Shown here one piece after another: positions 46,166-55,729 of a stretch of DNA of 64,000 nucleotides. This DNA is from Candidatus Babeliales bacterium (GTDB taxonomy: Bacteria > Babelota > Babeliae > Babelales > JANWKD01). The notes under the pieces were generated by a model that saw nothing but the letters and a program-made list of their open reading frames with translations, was not told where the DNA came from and did no database searches. The position numbers were made by a program, and so were the translations under genes. Numbering within the stretch: the first letter of the stretch is position 1; each line of letters opens with the position of its first letter. The DNA lies in NCBI GenBank assembly GCA_963722075.1, contig CAVRJM010000001.1:64001-128000 (forward strand), written 5' to 3'.

Positions 46166-47686
46166 ATGTATAAAAAGATATTTTTCCTATTATTAATACC
46201 CATTTACTTAAACGCCGTGTCATATCGATTAGGAAATTCTAATTGTCAGCAAGGTTTTTTTAGTATTTTTCATACAGTATTGGGCGCCTTAGATTTTTAC
46301 GAAACCAATGAAGAATGTACTGGCTTAGTAATAGATTTTGGCACCAATGATTACTATTACGACCCTTCATATGGCTCTAATTGGTGGGAATATTATTTTG
46401 AACCCATTAAGCTTGGCATGGTTGATACTGTCGATAAAGATTTTGTTACGTATAAAAATATTATTTTTAGTAATATTGGACAATTCCTATTACCGCTTGA
46501 TCATGCTCATGAGCTTATTAATAAGTATATAAAAATTAAACCAGCTATCCAAAACAAAGTTGATTCCTTTGTGCAGGAACATTTTGACAGTAAAAAAGTA
46601 ATTGGCGTTCATTATCGAGGCACAGATAAAAAATCTGAAGCGCCGAAAGTTCCTTATGAATATGTTGCAAATTTATTAAAGAGAGAATATATCACCGATC
46701 CCGCTATTTATTTTTTTGTGGCAACCGATGATCAACTGTTTCTTGATTTTATAAAAACTATTTTTCCCCATAAAATAATCTATATTGATGCATTACGCTC
46801 TTGCGATGACCATAATGTACATTCCGCTGCATGTGAAAGTCCATATAAAAAAGGAGAACAGGCCCTTATGGACTGTTTATTACTTTCACGATGTTCAAAG
46901 CTGTATAAAACCGCTTCTCATTTAAGTGATTGCTCAATAAAATTTAATCCCGCTCTTCCGGTAGTGCATATTTGTAAAAGCTTTTTTGAAAGTAATTATT
47001 ATAACTTCTATCATACCCATAAAACGGTGGGAGCGATCATAGATCTTTTAGATGGGTACGAAAAAAAAGAAAATGAAGGATTCTCGGTTTTCCTTCCTAT
47101 GCATACTCAAGAGAATTGGTGGGATCAATTTTTTGAACCGCTTGCAGTTGGTAATAAACAACTGACACAATTGCATGATTATGATTTAACGGTACACGCA
47201 TTACCATGTCTTTTTGATATGCCGCGCACACGAGGCAATGAGTTATTTAAAAAATATTTAGTATTTAAACCAGCCCTTCAAGAAAAAATAAAAAATTTTA
47301 TACAAAAGTATTGCCCAAATAAGTATATACTTGGGGCTTACTTCAGAAAACATGAATTATTAACACCAATCGATAATCAAGCATTTATTGATATGTTAAA
47401 AAGTGAGATTGCAAAAATAAATCAGGATTATGTTGTTTTAGTGTTTTGTGATGAGGCATTGTTCTTTCAAGATTTAATAAACAATAATATCTATCAAATA
47501 GCCAGTCCGCTATTAGATAAAAGCTTAGTTTCTGAAGTTCGCGGTGAGTTTGAATTACTGAGCTTGGCAATTCTTGCTCACGCCGATAAAATAATAGGCG
47601 CAGGAGCCACCGGATTGAAACTTCTGGGGCATATGAATGCTGATATGCCTATTATTGAATATGAAAAATCTTGGTTAGAACAATAA
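46166..47686 (+). CDS. NodZ/GT23-like fucosyltransferase, internally duplicated, with signal peptide
   Basis: GFFS, NWWEYYFEP, IGVHYRGTDK, FFVATDD, DCLLLSRC; degenerate second copy NWWDQFFEP, GAYFRK, LVFCDE. Confidence 0.75.
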   Translation: MYKKIFFLLLIPIYLNAVSYRLGNSNCQQGFFSIFHTVLGALDFYETNEECTGLVIDFGTNDYYYDPSYGSNWWEYYFEPIKLGMVDTVDKDFVTYKNIIFSNIGQFLLPLDHAHELINKYIKIKPAIQNKVDSFVQEHFDSKKVIGVHYRGTDKKSEAPKVPYEYVANLLKREYITDPAIYFFVATDDQLFLDFIKTIFPHKIIYIDALRSCDDHNVHSAACESPYKKGEQALMDCLLLSRCSKLYKTASHLSDCSIKFNPALPVVHICKSFFESNYYNFYHTHKTVGAIIDLLDGYEKKENEGFSVFLPMHTQENWWDQFFEPLAVGNKQLTQLHDYDLTVHALPCLFDMPRTRGNELFKKYLVFKPALQEKIKNFIQKYCPNKYILGAYFRKHELLTPIDNQAFIDMLKSEIAKINQDYVVLVFCDEALFFQDLINNNIYQIASPLLDKSLVSEVRGEFELLSLAILAHADKIIGAGATGLKLLGHMNADMPIIEYEKSWLEQ

Positions 47687-47699
47687 CGGCGTTTTTAAC

Positions 47700-49892
47700 T
47701 CAGTATGTTTTTTCTTTCGCTTTAGTACCAACGCCAGCATTTTTAAAATGATATTCTTCAAAGCCAAGCGTAATGATGGTATCGATAAAATCCATCGGTT
47801 TCATACCAATTTCAGCCGCTTGATGGAAAATGCAGGTTGCGGGCGTTAATCCTGGCAAGGTATTAATTTCCAAAATAATGAGTCGTTGTATGCCGGTTGG
47901 GCTTTGCAATGCGTTTTGGTAGAAGCAATCAATGCGCGCATACCCTTTAGCGTTAACTGTTTTATAAACATTGCCAATGGTTTCTTGTATAAATGAAATG
48001 GCTTCAGAAGGTAAATGCGCAGGTGTTTGGTTTTCACCCGCACCAGGTAAAAATTTCTCTTCAATGGATAATATATCATGTTGTGCTACTACTTGGCTTG
48101 GCGGTAACACCTGCAGGGTATGATTACCAAGAACGCCTACGGTGAGCTCGGTTCCTTTGATAAATTCTTCAATCAATAATGTATTTTTTTGTCCGGTAGC
48201 AAACACCGTATCAACAAATTGCTCAAGCTCTTGAATAGTATATGCTTTTGATACTAATACACTGCAGCCATCATCATGAGGCTTTATAATGCAGGGAAAA
48301 GAAAATTGTTGTTGTATTACAGTAAGCTGCGTATCTTTTGATGAGAACCATTCTTGAGCGGTAATTAATAGTGATGAAGGGACATCAAATCCCTCTGTTT
48401 TAAGGAGTTCATTAGTTTTATATTTATTCATACATAAAGCGCTGGTAAGCACTGAAGAGCCATTATAAGGAATGCCTAGTAGTTCAAACGTACCTTGAAT
48501 AGAGCCGTTTTCACCTTCACCGCCATGCAGCCCAATAAAAGCAAAATCAATGAGGTGCGGTAATTCATCCCAATTAATTGATTGTGCTTTTTCTAAATCA
48601 ACTTCTATTTCTTTTGTTGAATTACGAACAAGCATTTTTTGATCGATATGATGCAGCGTTAATTTGCTGCTTACAAAAATAGGGAAAGCATCATATTTCT
48701 CAGGTGATAATTTGTATAAAATATTTCTTCCTGATTCAAGTGAAATCTCTTTTTCATTAGATCTACCGCCTAAAAAAACACCGACGCGAATTTTATTATG
48801 TGTAGAAAGATCTGGTTTGGTTTGTATCATCATTTTCTTATCAACATATTTAAGTTCATTTTCAATTAAATAATTAATAATTTGGGTGTGGTTCATATTG
48901 AGTTCTGCCGCTTGCCGGAATAAAAAGCTGGCAGGACTCATTCCTGAAAGGCTATTAGGATCAATAATAACAATGGTATTGTTATCTGTTACAAATCCAT
49001 CAATGCGCGCCATAGTAAGTTCAAGTATACGCATAACTGATAAACATGTTTGTTGGATTTTTTGTATGAGTTCAGCACTTGCACGTGCAGGAGTAAATTT
49101 TGTAGCTTTTCCGGGCATATATTTTTGTTCATAATCAAAAAAATCTGTATCAGGAATAATTTCAGTAGGTGGCAATAAAAGAACATCATTATGCATTTGA
49201 TTGCCTAAAATAATGCAAGAAAATTCCATACCATTAATTCTTTGTTCAATCAGAACGTCTTGTATTCGGTTTTCATCGATATGTGCAGCAGTAATAATTG
49301 CTTCTAATAATGATGGCATGGTATACGCTATTGATATGCCTAAGCTAGAACCTTCAAAAGCGGGTTTTACTATACAGGGAAAAGTAAGATGAGCGCAATA
49401 GAAAAGGGGTTCGAGCGTTTCCAATGTTAATGTAGCCAGTTGATAAGCGGAAATATAAAATCCTTCAGGGACGGCAATGCCGTGATGCTTTAAAAATTTT
49501 TTTTGAATGATTTTATTCATTGATAAAGCACTGCCAAATACTTTTGATCCTACATAAGGAATTTGTAAGATTTCTAGAAAACCTTGAATGGTACCATCTT
49601 CGGCAAATGAACCATGAAGTGCTATATACATAAAATCAATAAGTTTTTTTAGATCATCCCAGGTAATTTTTTTTGCTTCTTCAATAAGGCGATGCTCAAA
49701 ATCGGCAATTTTTCCCCGGTACAGAAATTTCCACGGTAATAAATATAGTGATCCATTACCCGATTGAAAAATAGGAATGATATCATATCTCGATGTATCT
49801 AAGTGATCGCATATGGTTCTTCCGGAATTAAACGAAACTTCGCGTTCTATAGATTTTCCACCCATTAAAACGCCGACTCTTAATTTTTCCAT
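47700..49892 (-). CDS. ddl: Tandem two-domain D-alanine--D-alanine ligase
   Basis: Two full ATP-grasp Ddl units: GGKSIEREVSFNSG...ALHG..EDG and GGRSNEKEISLESG...GLHGGEGENG...LEINTLPG. Confidence 0.9.
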   Translation of the reverse strand: MEKLRVGVLMGGKSIEREVSFNSGRTICDHLDTSRYDIIPIFQSGNGSLYLLPWKFLYRGKIADFEHRLIEEAKKITWDDLKKLIDFMYIALHGSFAEDGTIQGFLEILQIPYVGSKVFGSALSMNKIIQKKFLKHHGIAVPEGFYISAYQLATLTLETLEPLFYCAHLTFPCIVKPAFEGSSLGISIAYTMPSLLEAIITAAHIDENRIQDVLIEQRINGMEFSCIILGNQMHNDVLLLPPTEIIPDTDFFDYEQKYMPGKATKFTPARASAELIQKIQQTCLSVMRILELTMARIDGFVTDNNTIVIIDPNSLSGMSPASFLFRQAAELNMNHTQIINYLIENELKYVDKKMMIQTKPDLSTHNKIRVGVFLGGRSNEKEISLESGRNILYKLSPEKYDAFPIFVSSKLTLHHIDQKMLVRNSTKEIEVDLEKAQSINWDELPHLIDFAFIGLHGGEGENGSIQGTFELLGIPYNGSSVLTSALCMNKYKTNELLKTEGFDVPSSLLITAQEWFSSKDTQLTVIQQQFSFPCIIKPHDDGCSVLVSKAYTIQELEQFVDTVFATGQKNTLLIEEFIKGTELTVGVLGNHTLQVLPPSQVVAQHDILSIEEKFLPGAGENQTPAHLPSEAISFIQETIGNVYKTVNAKGYARIDCFYQNALQSPTGIQRLIILEINTLPGLTPATCIFHQAAEIGMKPMDFIDTIITLGFEEYHFKNAGVGTKAKEKTY

Positions 49893-49986
49893 GGTCCCCT
49901 TAAAGTAAACGTTCGATTTATTTTTTTTATTATTTTATGATACATTTTAATTTTAAAAAAGTTATTAACAATGAAAAAAGATCATT

Positions 49987-50229
49987 ATGAAATTAAATAA
50001 ATCAATTTTTCTATTGATTACATCAATAATGTTGTATGGCTATGCGATGAAACGCGAAAGAAATGGAATTCAGCAGATTATTGTGTCAGATAGAATGTTT
50101 GAACCGAATAAGCTACCTGAAGCAGCACAAGAAAATAAACAATTGAATAAACTCATAAAAACAGATAAAAAAAAGAAAAAAAACCAAAAAATGATTCATT
50201 TGAAAATGATACATTTGTACCAGAGGTAG
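49987..50229 (+). CDS. Small hypothetical secreted protein (possibly truncated)
   Basis: Signal peptide ending GYA-MKR; Lys-rich tail encoded by poly-A runs. Confidence 0.5.
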   Translation: MKLNKSIFLLITSIMLYGYAMKRERNGIQQIIVSDRMFEPNKLPEAAQENKQLNKLIKTDKKKKKNQKMIHLKMIHLYQR

Positions 50230-50260
50230 GTGTTTTTCATATGGAAATGGAGAATACCTA

Positions 50261-50842
50261 ATGGATCGCCAAACAAATTTTATCTGGATTGATTTGGAGA
50301 TGACGGGCCTTACTATACCACAAGATGTAATTTTAGAAATAGCAGCAGTGGTGACTGATAAAGATCTCAATATTATTGCCCAAGGACCATCGTTAGTAAT
50401 AAAGCAACCGGATTGCGTTTTAGAAACGATGAACGATTGGTGTAAAAAGCAACATGCGTTATCAGGTCTTACGCAAGAAGTTAAATCAGCGTCTCTTTCT
50501 TTAGCACAAGCAGAAGATCAGGTTTGTGAATTTATAAAAGATTATTGCATAAAAGGAAAAGCAATCCTTTGTGGGAATTCTATTTGGCAGGATAAAGCAT
50601 TTATTCAGTATTACATGCCTACATTAAATAGTTTTTTTCATTATAAAATTGTAGATGTGAGTTCTATAAAGGAATTAGTCATTCGTTGGTATCCAAAAAG
50701 CCCGTATGCTGATATAAAAAAAACAGATAAGCATCGCGCGCTGCCAGATATTTTAGAATCAATTAACGTGCTTATAAATTATCGCACCCATTTCTTTGTA
50801 CCTGAATCTGTTGTCGCCTATCAAGAATCAGGACAACGATAG
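50261..50842 (+). CDS. orn: Oligoribonuclease
   Basis: WIDLEMTGL, LCGNSI..D..F, DVSSIKEL, HRALPDILES. Confidence 0.96.
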   Translation: MDRQTNFIWIDLEMTGLTIPQDVILEIAAVVTDKDLNIIAQGPSLVIKQPDCVLETMNDWCKKQHALSGLTQEVKSASLSLAQAEDQVCEFIKDYCIKGKAILCGNSIWQDKAFIQYYMPTLNSFFHYKIVDVSSIKELVIRWYPKSPYADIKKTDKHRALPDILESINVLINYRTHFFVPESVVAYQESGQR

Positions 50843-50857
50843 GCTTCTTATTGAAGA

Positions 50858-50885
50858 TTGACAAATAAAAATATTTTTGTAAAAT
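50858..50885 (+). promoter_or_regulatory. Sigma70-type promoter
   Basis: TTGACA-16 nt-TAAAAT. Confidence 0.55.
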
Positions 50886-51078
50886 AGTATATATATAATT
50901 GTATAATTTTTATTTGTTGATTATGAGTATTAAAATGGAAAAGAAAAATTTTTTATGGAGCATCAAATAAAATCAGCAGGGGTACTATACCAGAAGATCC
51001 TACCTACCCAAGCGATTATTTAAGATACAGTATCGGTAAAAATCTATTAATAGCATAATATTCATTGAGGTGTAACAT

Positions 51079-51801
51079 ATGCAATTGAATAAATACCTGG
51101 CTCATGGAGGCATTTGTTCACGGCGAAAAGCAGTTGAGCTTATTAAACAGGGTTTAGTTACGGTAAACGGAAAAATAATTACTATTCCCGAGTTGATGGT
51201 TACTACAAACGATAAGGTATTTTTTAATAAAAGAAGAGTACAAATTTGCCACTCAAATGTATATATCGTTCTTAATAAACCAGCTGGCTATATTACCACA
51301 ACATCCGATGAAAAAGGGCGCCCTACGGTGATGGATTTATTGCCTAAATCATTATCTAAACATAAATTATATCCCGTTGGAAGGCTTGATAGTGATACCA
51401 CTGGTCTTTTACTCATTACTAATGATGGTCAGTTAGCGCATCACTTATCGCACCCGCGTTATGAAATACAAAAAGTGTACTTAGTAACGCTTGATAAATC
51501 ATTGTATACCGAAGATATTCTTCGCCTAAAAAAAGGAATATACCTAAATGACGGTATCGTAACATTAGATACAATTACGGTACTTAATATTGCAAGGACA
51601 CGTCTTAAAGTTACGATCCATAGTGGTAAGAATAGAATACTGCGCCGTATTTTCGAGCAGTTAAATTATAGCGTTCTTACGTTGGAACGAGTTTCTTTTT
51701 CTTCTATCACCAAAAATAAATTACCACGTGGTTGTTATCGTTTATTAAGCAATTTTGAAGTAGATCGTCTTAAAACTGCATTTCCTCAACTTGACCGCTA
51801 A
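51079..51801 (+). CDS. rRNA pseudouridine synthase (RsuA/RluB family) with S4 domain
   Basis: LNKYLAHGGICSRRKA S4 domain; LNKPAG; YPVGRLDSDTTGLLLITNDG. Confidence 0.95.
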   Translation: MQLNKYLAHGGICSRRKAVELIKQGLVTVNGKIITIPELMVTTNDKVFFNKRRVQICHSNVYIVLNKPAGYITTTSDEKGRPTVMDLLPKSLSKHKLYPVGRLDSDTTGLLLITNDGQLAHHLSHPRYEIQKVYLVTLDKSLYTEDILRLKKGIYLNDGIVTLDTITVLNIARTRLKVTIHSGKNRILRRIFEQLNYSVLTLERVSFSSITKNKLPRGCYRLLSNFEVDRLKTAFPQLDR

Positions 51802-52105
51802 GCTCATGAAACTTCTGCGGACATTGCATAAGCACTTCATATAAAACTGCTTGTATTACATGAGATTTATTATAACTAAGGATTGTTTTAAGGAATTCAA
51901 CTCGTTGATACTCTACATAATCATCACCACAGACAACAGCGGTAAGTTTGTTTTGTGCCGATTCTCTTAATGTTACGTCGTTGGGTTTGTTAACGAGTTT
52001 TTGTAATGTTTTATCAAATATAGAAATTTCGTGATCGAAATTGCTCAAGATGCTGCTACTATACAGGATAACCGTTGTGCATATTGCTATTTTTTTTATA
52101 TTCAT
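51770..52105 (-). CDS. Small secreted two-Cys helical protein (copy 3)
   Basis: Signal peptide; conserved Cys pair as in its two neighbours. Confidence 0.7.
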   Translation of the reverse strand: MNIKKIAICTTVILYSSSILSNFDHEISIFDKTLQKLVNKPNDVTLRESAQNKLTAVVCGDDYVEYQRVEFLKTILSYNKSHVIQAVLYEVLMQCPQKFHELSGQVEEMQF

Positions 52106-52119
52106 ATAATTCTTTCTTA

Positions 52120-52488
52120 TTATAATTCGGTTTTCATCTCATTTTTTACGCTATTATACATTTCTAGAATCTCATGATGAAAGTTTCGCACTATTGCGTA
52201 AAACCCTGAGCATTGCTCATAAGTATCAATTAATAATAGATTGATGGTCGGGTGAGATTGATTTTCATATAACACATTAAAATATTGAATTTTAGTTTCT
52301 AGGAGATTGCCTCGAGTACACATTACTTCAATAAATGATGTTCGAACCTCATCCAAAGCGGAATCAGAATAGCTTTGAGTAAGTTCAGTGACTGTTTTTT
52401 TGAACGCATCAAGCGGAATAACTTCGCTCAAAACTGATATTTGGTAACTTATTAAAAAAATATATATGAGGGTTTTTTGTATATTCAT
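52120..52488 (-). CDS. Small secreted two-Cys helical protein (copy 2)
   Basis: Signal peptide; EVMC...EQCSGF. Confidence 0.7.
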   Translation of the reverse strand: MNIQKTLIYIFLISYQISVLSEVIPLDAFKKTVTELTQSYSDSALDEVRTSFIEVMCTRGNLLETKIQYFNVLYENQSHPTINLLLIDTYEQCSGFYAIVRNFHHEILEMYNSVKNEMKTEL

Positions 52489-52496
52489 TATTTTAG

Positions 52497-52814
52497 TTAG
52501 TTGTTATATATTTCTTCTATTTGGCTTAAGAATAGAGGACATTCGAACCGCATTCTTGTTAAAAGCAATTGAGCTATTGCTGATGATTCATGGTTTTTAA
52601 TCTCCTGTAAGATCATCACCGTATCGGGTGATTTATGGTTTTTGCATATCGCCATCATAAAAAGTGTTTCAACATGTTCTTGTGCCATTTGATTTGTAGG
52701 GTGTTCTATAGCATTTTCTAATGCGTGCTTAAATACGGTCACGGCATCATCTGATTGAGCTATCAGTGAAGTAGCATAAAAAACAACGCCATATAATAAT
52801 AATTTTTTTTTCAT
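52497..52814 (-). CDS. Small secreted two-Cys helical protein (copy 1)
   Basis: Signal peptide; MAIC...FECPLF. Confidence 0.7.
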   Translation of the reverse strand: MKKKLLLYGVVFYATSLIAQSDDAVTVFKHALENAIEHPTNQMAQEHVETLFMMAICKNHKSPDTVMILQEIKNHESSAIAQLLLTRMRFECPLFLSQIEEIYNN

Positions 52815-52968
52815 AATTAAATTCCTTATATAAAAATAAAATCGTTTTTTTATTTTTATACTATACTGGTTATTTTTTTAAAAACAATAATTGTTGAATA
52901 CATGACAAGGCAATTGAACCAAATAATAAGTATTTAAGCAGGAAATTAAAAGTATATTAACTTTAGCC

Positions 52969-53044
52969 TGGATCCCCACGCTGCGCTCGGGATGACGACG
53001 ATCGAAAACAAAAGAACGTCGTTGCGAGTTTACGAAGCAATCCA
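52969..53044. repeat. Inverted pair of YGTC...CCA elements (52969-52997 -, 53017-53044 +)
   Basis: Reverse complement CGTCATCCCGAGCGCAGCGTGGGGATCCA; CGTCGTTGCGAGTTTACGAAGCAATCCA. Confidence 0.85.
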
Positions 53045-53181
53045 GTATTCTATTTATGCTTTTTAATCTGATACCTTAAATACGTTTGCTCTGAACATAT
53101 GAATTAATGTTAAAATTGAGTATTGCATTATTTTTCACCAATTTTTTATCCTGTAATAAATCACACTAAGAGGGGGATAGC

Positions 53182-54195
53182 ATGGCTGTTAAAAAAAGAG
53201 CCACACAATCATTAGATGAATTATTAAAAAAAGCACAAAAAGAAAAACAACCGGATTTTATTCCTCCCATGCTTGCCACCCTTACCGAAGATTATTTTTC
53301 TAGTGATGAATGGATTTATGAACATAAATTTGATGGAGAGCGCTGCCTTGCGTTTAAAAAGAATGGGAAGGTCCGCCTCAGATCCAGAAATAATCGTTCA
53401 ATGAATGATGAATATCCTGAATTAGTAACAGCTTTAGAAAAACAAATAGCCGATGATTTTATTATTGATGGAGAAATTGTTGCGCTTAATAGAGAGGGTA
53501 TTTCAGATTTTCAATTACTCCAAGGCCGTATAAATGTAAGAAGTGTTACACACTTAGAAGAAATAGAAGTGCCCATTTATTATCGTATTTTTGATTTACT
53601 CTATGTTGGTGGCTATAACATAACTCATTTGCCCTTATTAGCGCGAAAAGCACTATTAAAAAAGTTATTACGATATAATAAAATGCTTAATTATACGGAG
53701 CATCATGTTGGTGATGGTGTTGCCTTATTTAAAAAGGCCTGTGCAGCACATTGGGAAGGATTAATTGCAAAAAAAATAGATAGCACCTATGTATCAAAGC
53801 GTTCACCCAGTTGGTTAAAATTTAAATGTAGTGCAGGGCAAGAATTGATTATTATAGGATATACCGAGCCAAAAGGATCGCGCGCTTATTTTGGCGCCTT
53901 ATTGGTTGGCTATTATGATCATGGAAAATTAATGTATGCCGGTAAAGTAGGCACCGGATATACTCAAGCAACACTTGAAATGATTGGCAAAAAATTAAAA
54001 AAACTTGAAACAAAGAAAAAGTTGGTAACTAATTATACCGGCACACTCCGTGGAGTTCATTGGGTGAAACCAGTATTAGTTGCTGAATTTAAATTTGCGC
54101 AATGGACACGCGATAATCGATTGCGAGTAGGAAGATACCAAGGATTGCGGGATGATAAAAAGGCAGCTGAAGTAGTTAAAGAAACGCCTAAATAA
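53182..54195 (+). CDS. ligD: ATP-dependent DNA ligase (LigD ligase domain only)
   Basis: PMLATL, EHKFDGER, IIDGEIVA, FDLL, EGLIAKK, WLKFK, GKVGTG, WVKPVLVAE, GLRDDK. Confidence 0.88.
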   Translation: MAVKKRATQSLDELLKKAQKEKQPDFIPPMLATLTEDYFSSDEWIYEHKFDGERCLAFKKNGKVRLRSRNNRSMNDEYPELVTALEKQIADDFIIDGEIVALNREGISDFQLLQGRINVRSVTHLEEIEVPIYYRIFDLLYVGGYNITHLPLLARKALLKKLLRYNKMLNYTEHHVGDGVALFKKACAAHWEGLIAKKIDSTYVSKRSPSWLKFKCSAGQELIIIGYTEPKGSRAYFGALLVGYYDHGKLMYAGKVGTGYTQATLEMIGKKLKKLETKKKLVTNYTGTLRGVHWVKPVLVAEFKFAQWTRDNRLRVGRYQGLRDDKKAAEVVKETPK

Positions 54196-54296
54196 AATAT
54201 TTCAATTAGAATAAATTGTTAATGAAATAGTGCTGCAGTTGCTTAAAATGATGCCATCATTATACTTATTAGTAATGGATTTAAATATGAGGTTAT

Positions 54297-55703
54297 ATGA
54301 ATTTTCTAATAATTAATCTGATTCTTTCTTTCCTACTTTCTTACACTCCCTTATTTTCTATAAAAATTGATGACGTCAGCCGGTTAAATGAAACCGAAGT
54401 GTCTGCTATTGTGCAGCCTACAACTACTCAAGAGATTCAAAAAATAGTTAAATGGGCGCATCAAAATGATAAAAAAATTTCAGTTGCCGGCCAGCGGCAT
54501 AGCCAAGGGGGGCATATTTGTTACCCTGATGCGGTAGTGCTTGATATGTTGAGATTCAATAAAATTCTCAAATTAGATCAGGAACATGCTGTTATAACGG
54601 TGCAAGCAGGGGCTACCTGGAAGGATATTCAAGAATATAGTAATCCCTACCATTTAGCAGTAAAAAACATGCAATCTTTTAATTCATTTACCGTAGGAGG
54701 TTCGCTCAGCGTAAATGTTCATGGACAGGATATAGAAGGGCCGTTAATTTCATCTATTGTTAATTTTAGAATGGTAAATGCATCAGGAGAGCTGATTGAG
54801 GTAAATCGCATGAATAATGAAGCTCTCTTTAGACTGGTAATTGGGGGCTATGGGTTATTTGGTATTGTTACTGATATTGATCTTCAATTAACTCCTAATT
54901 TGTTGTATAGGCAGGAAATAAAAAATTTTTCTTTAAAGAATTATATTAACTATTTTAATAATCACCTAAAGATAAATCCATTAACTGAATTGCATTTTGC
55001 TCGTTTTAATGTGTGCCCTAAATCTGCACATTTTTTGAATATGGTAACTTCAGTGACATACCAAAAAGTCACCGACCAAATTGAAGATTTCCCTCATTTA
55101 ATCCCCTTGCATACAGAAAAATATAGCTGGATGCTTACCTATGCGTTATCACTTATCAGAAATTTTAGCCTAGCTAAAAAAATAAAATTTCCTTTAGAGG
55201 GAAGCCTTATGCGCAATAATGGTTTTATTACTCGAAACAATGCAATGTATAATGATGTGCATTTTTTAGATTATGATAATGAAAAAAATACTGATATATT
55301 ACAAGAATATTTTATTCCCGTTGATCAGTTAGAAGAGTTTGTGGCATTTGTGCGCTCATTATGTATAGAAAAAAATAGTAATATATTAAATATTACTATC
55401 CGTTATGTGCCTCGTAATGAAGAATCAATACTATCATATGCGCAGCATGATTCTTTTGCTTTAGTTTTTTATATAAACCATGAGCTGACTTCACTGGCAT
55501 GTGCTACAATGAAAGAATGGACGCAAAAATTAATTGATAAAGCAATCGCATTACAAGGCTCTTATTATTTACCGTATCAATTATATGCTTCTAAGAATCA
55601 ATTGCAAAAAGCATACCCATTAAGTGATTATTTTTTTGAATGCAAAAAAGTATATGATCCACAAGAACTATTTATTAATCATTTTTATATGCGGTATAAA
55701 TAA
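54297..55703 (+). CDS. FAD-binding oxidoreductase (VAO/PCMH family)
   Basis: AGQRHSQGG, TVGGSLSVNVHG, IGGYGLFGIV, YDPQELF. Confidence 0.88.
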   Translation: MNFLIINLILSFLLSYTPLFSIKIDDVSRLNETEVSAIVQPTTTQEIQKIVKWAHQNDKKISVAGQRHSQGGHICYPDAVVLDMLRFNKILKLDQEHAVITVQAGATWKDIQEYSNPYHLAVKNMQSFNSFTVGGSLSVNVHGQDIEGPLISSIVNFRMVNASGELIEVNRMNNEALFRLVIGGYGLFGIVTDIDLQLTPNLLYRQEIKNFSLKNYINYFNNHLKINPLTELHFARFNVCPKSAHFLNMVTSVTYQKVTDQIEDFPHLIPLHTEKYSWMLTYALSLIRNFSLAKKIKFPLEGSLMRNNGFITRNNAMYNDVHFLDYDNEKNTDILQEYFIPVDQLEEFVAFVRSLCIEKNSNILNITIRYVPRNEESILSYAQHDSFALVFYINHELTSLACATMKEWTQKLIDKAIALQGSYYLPYQLYASKNQLQKAYPLSDYFFECKKVYDPQELFINHFYMRYK

Positions 55704-55729
55704 TAAAAAAATATATAAGAAAGGAATGT

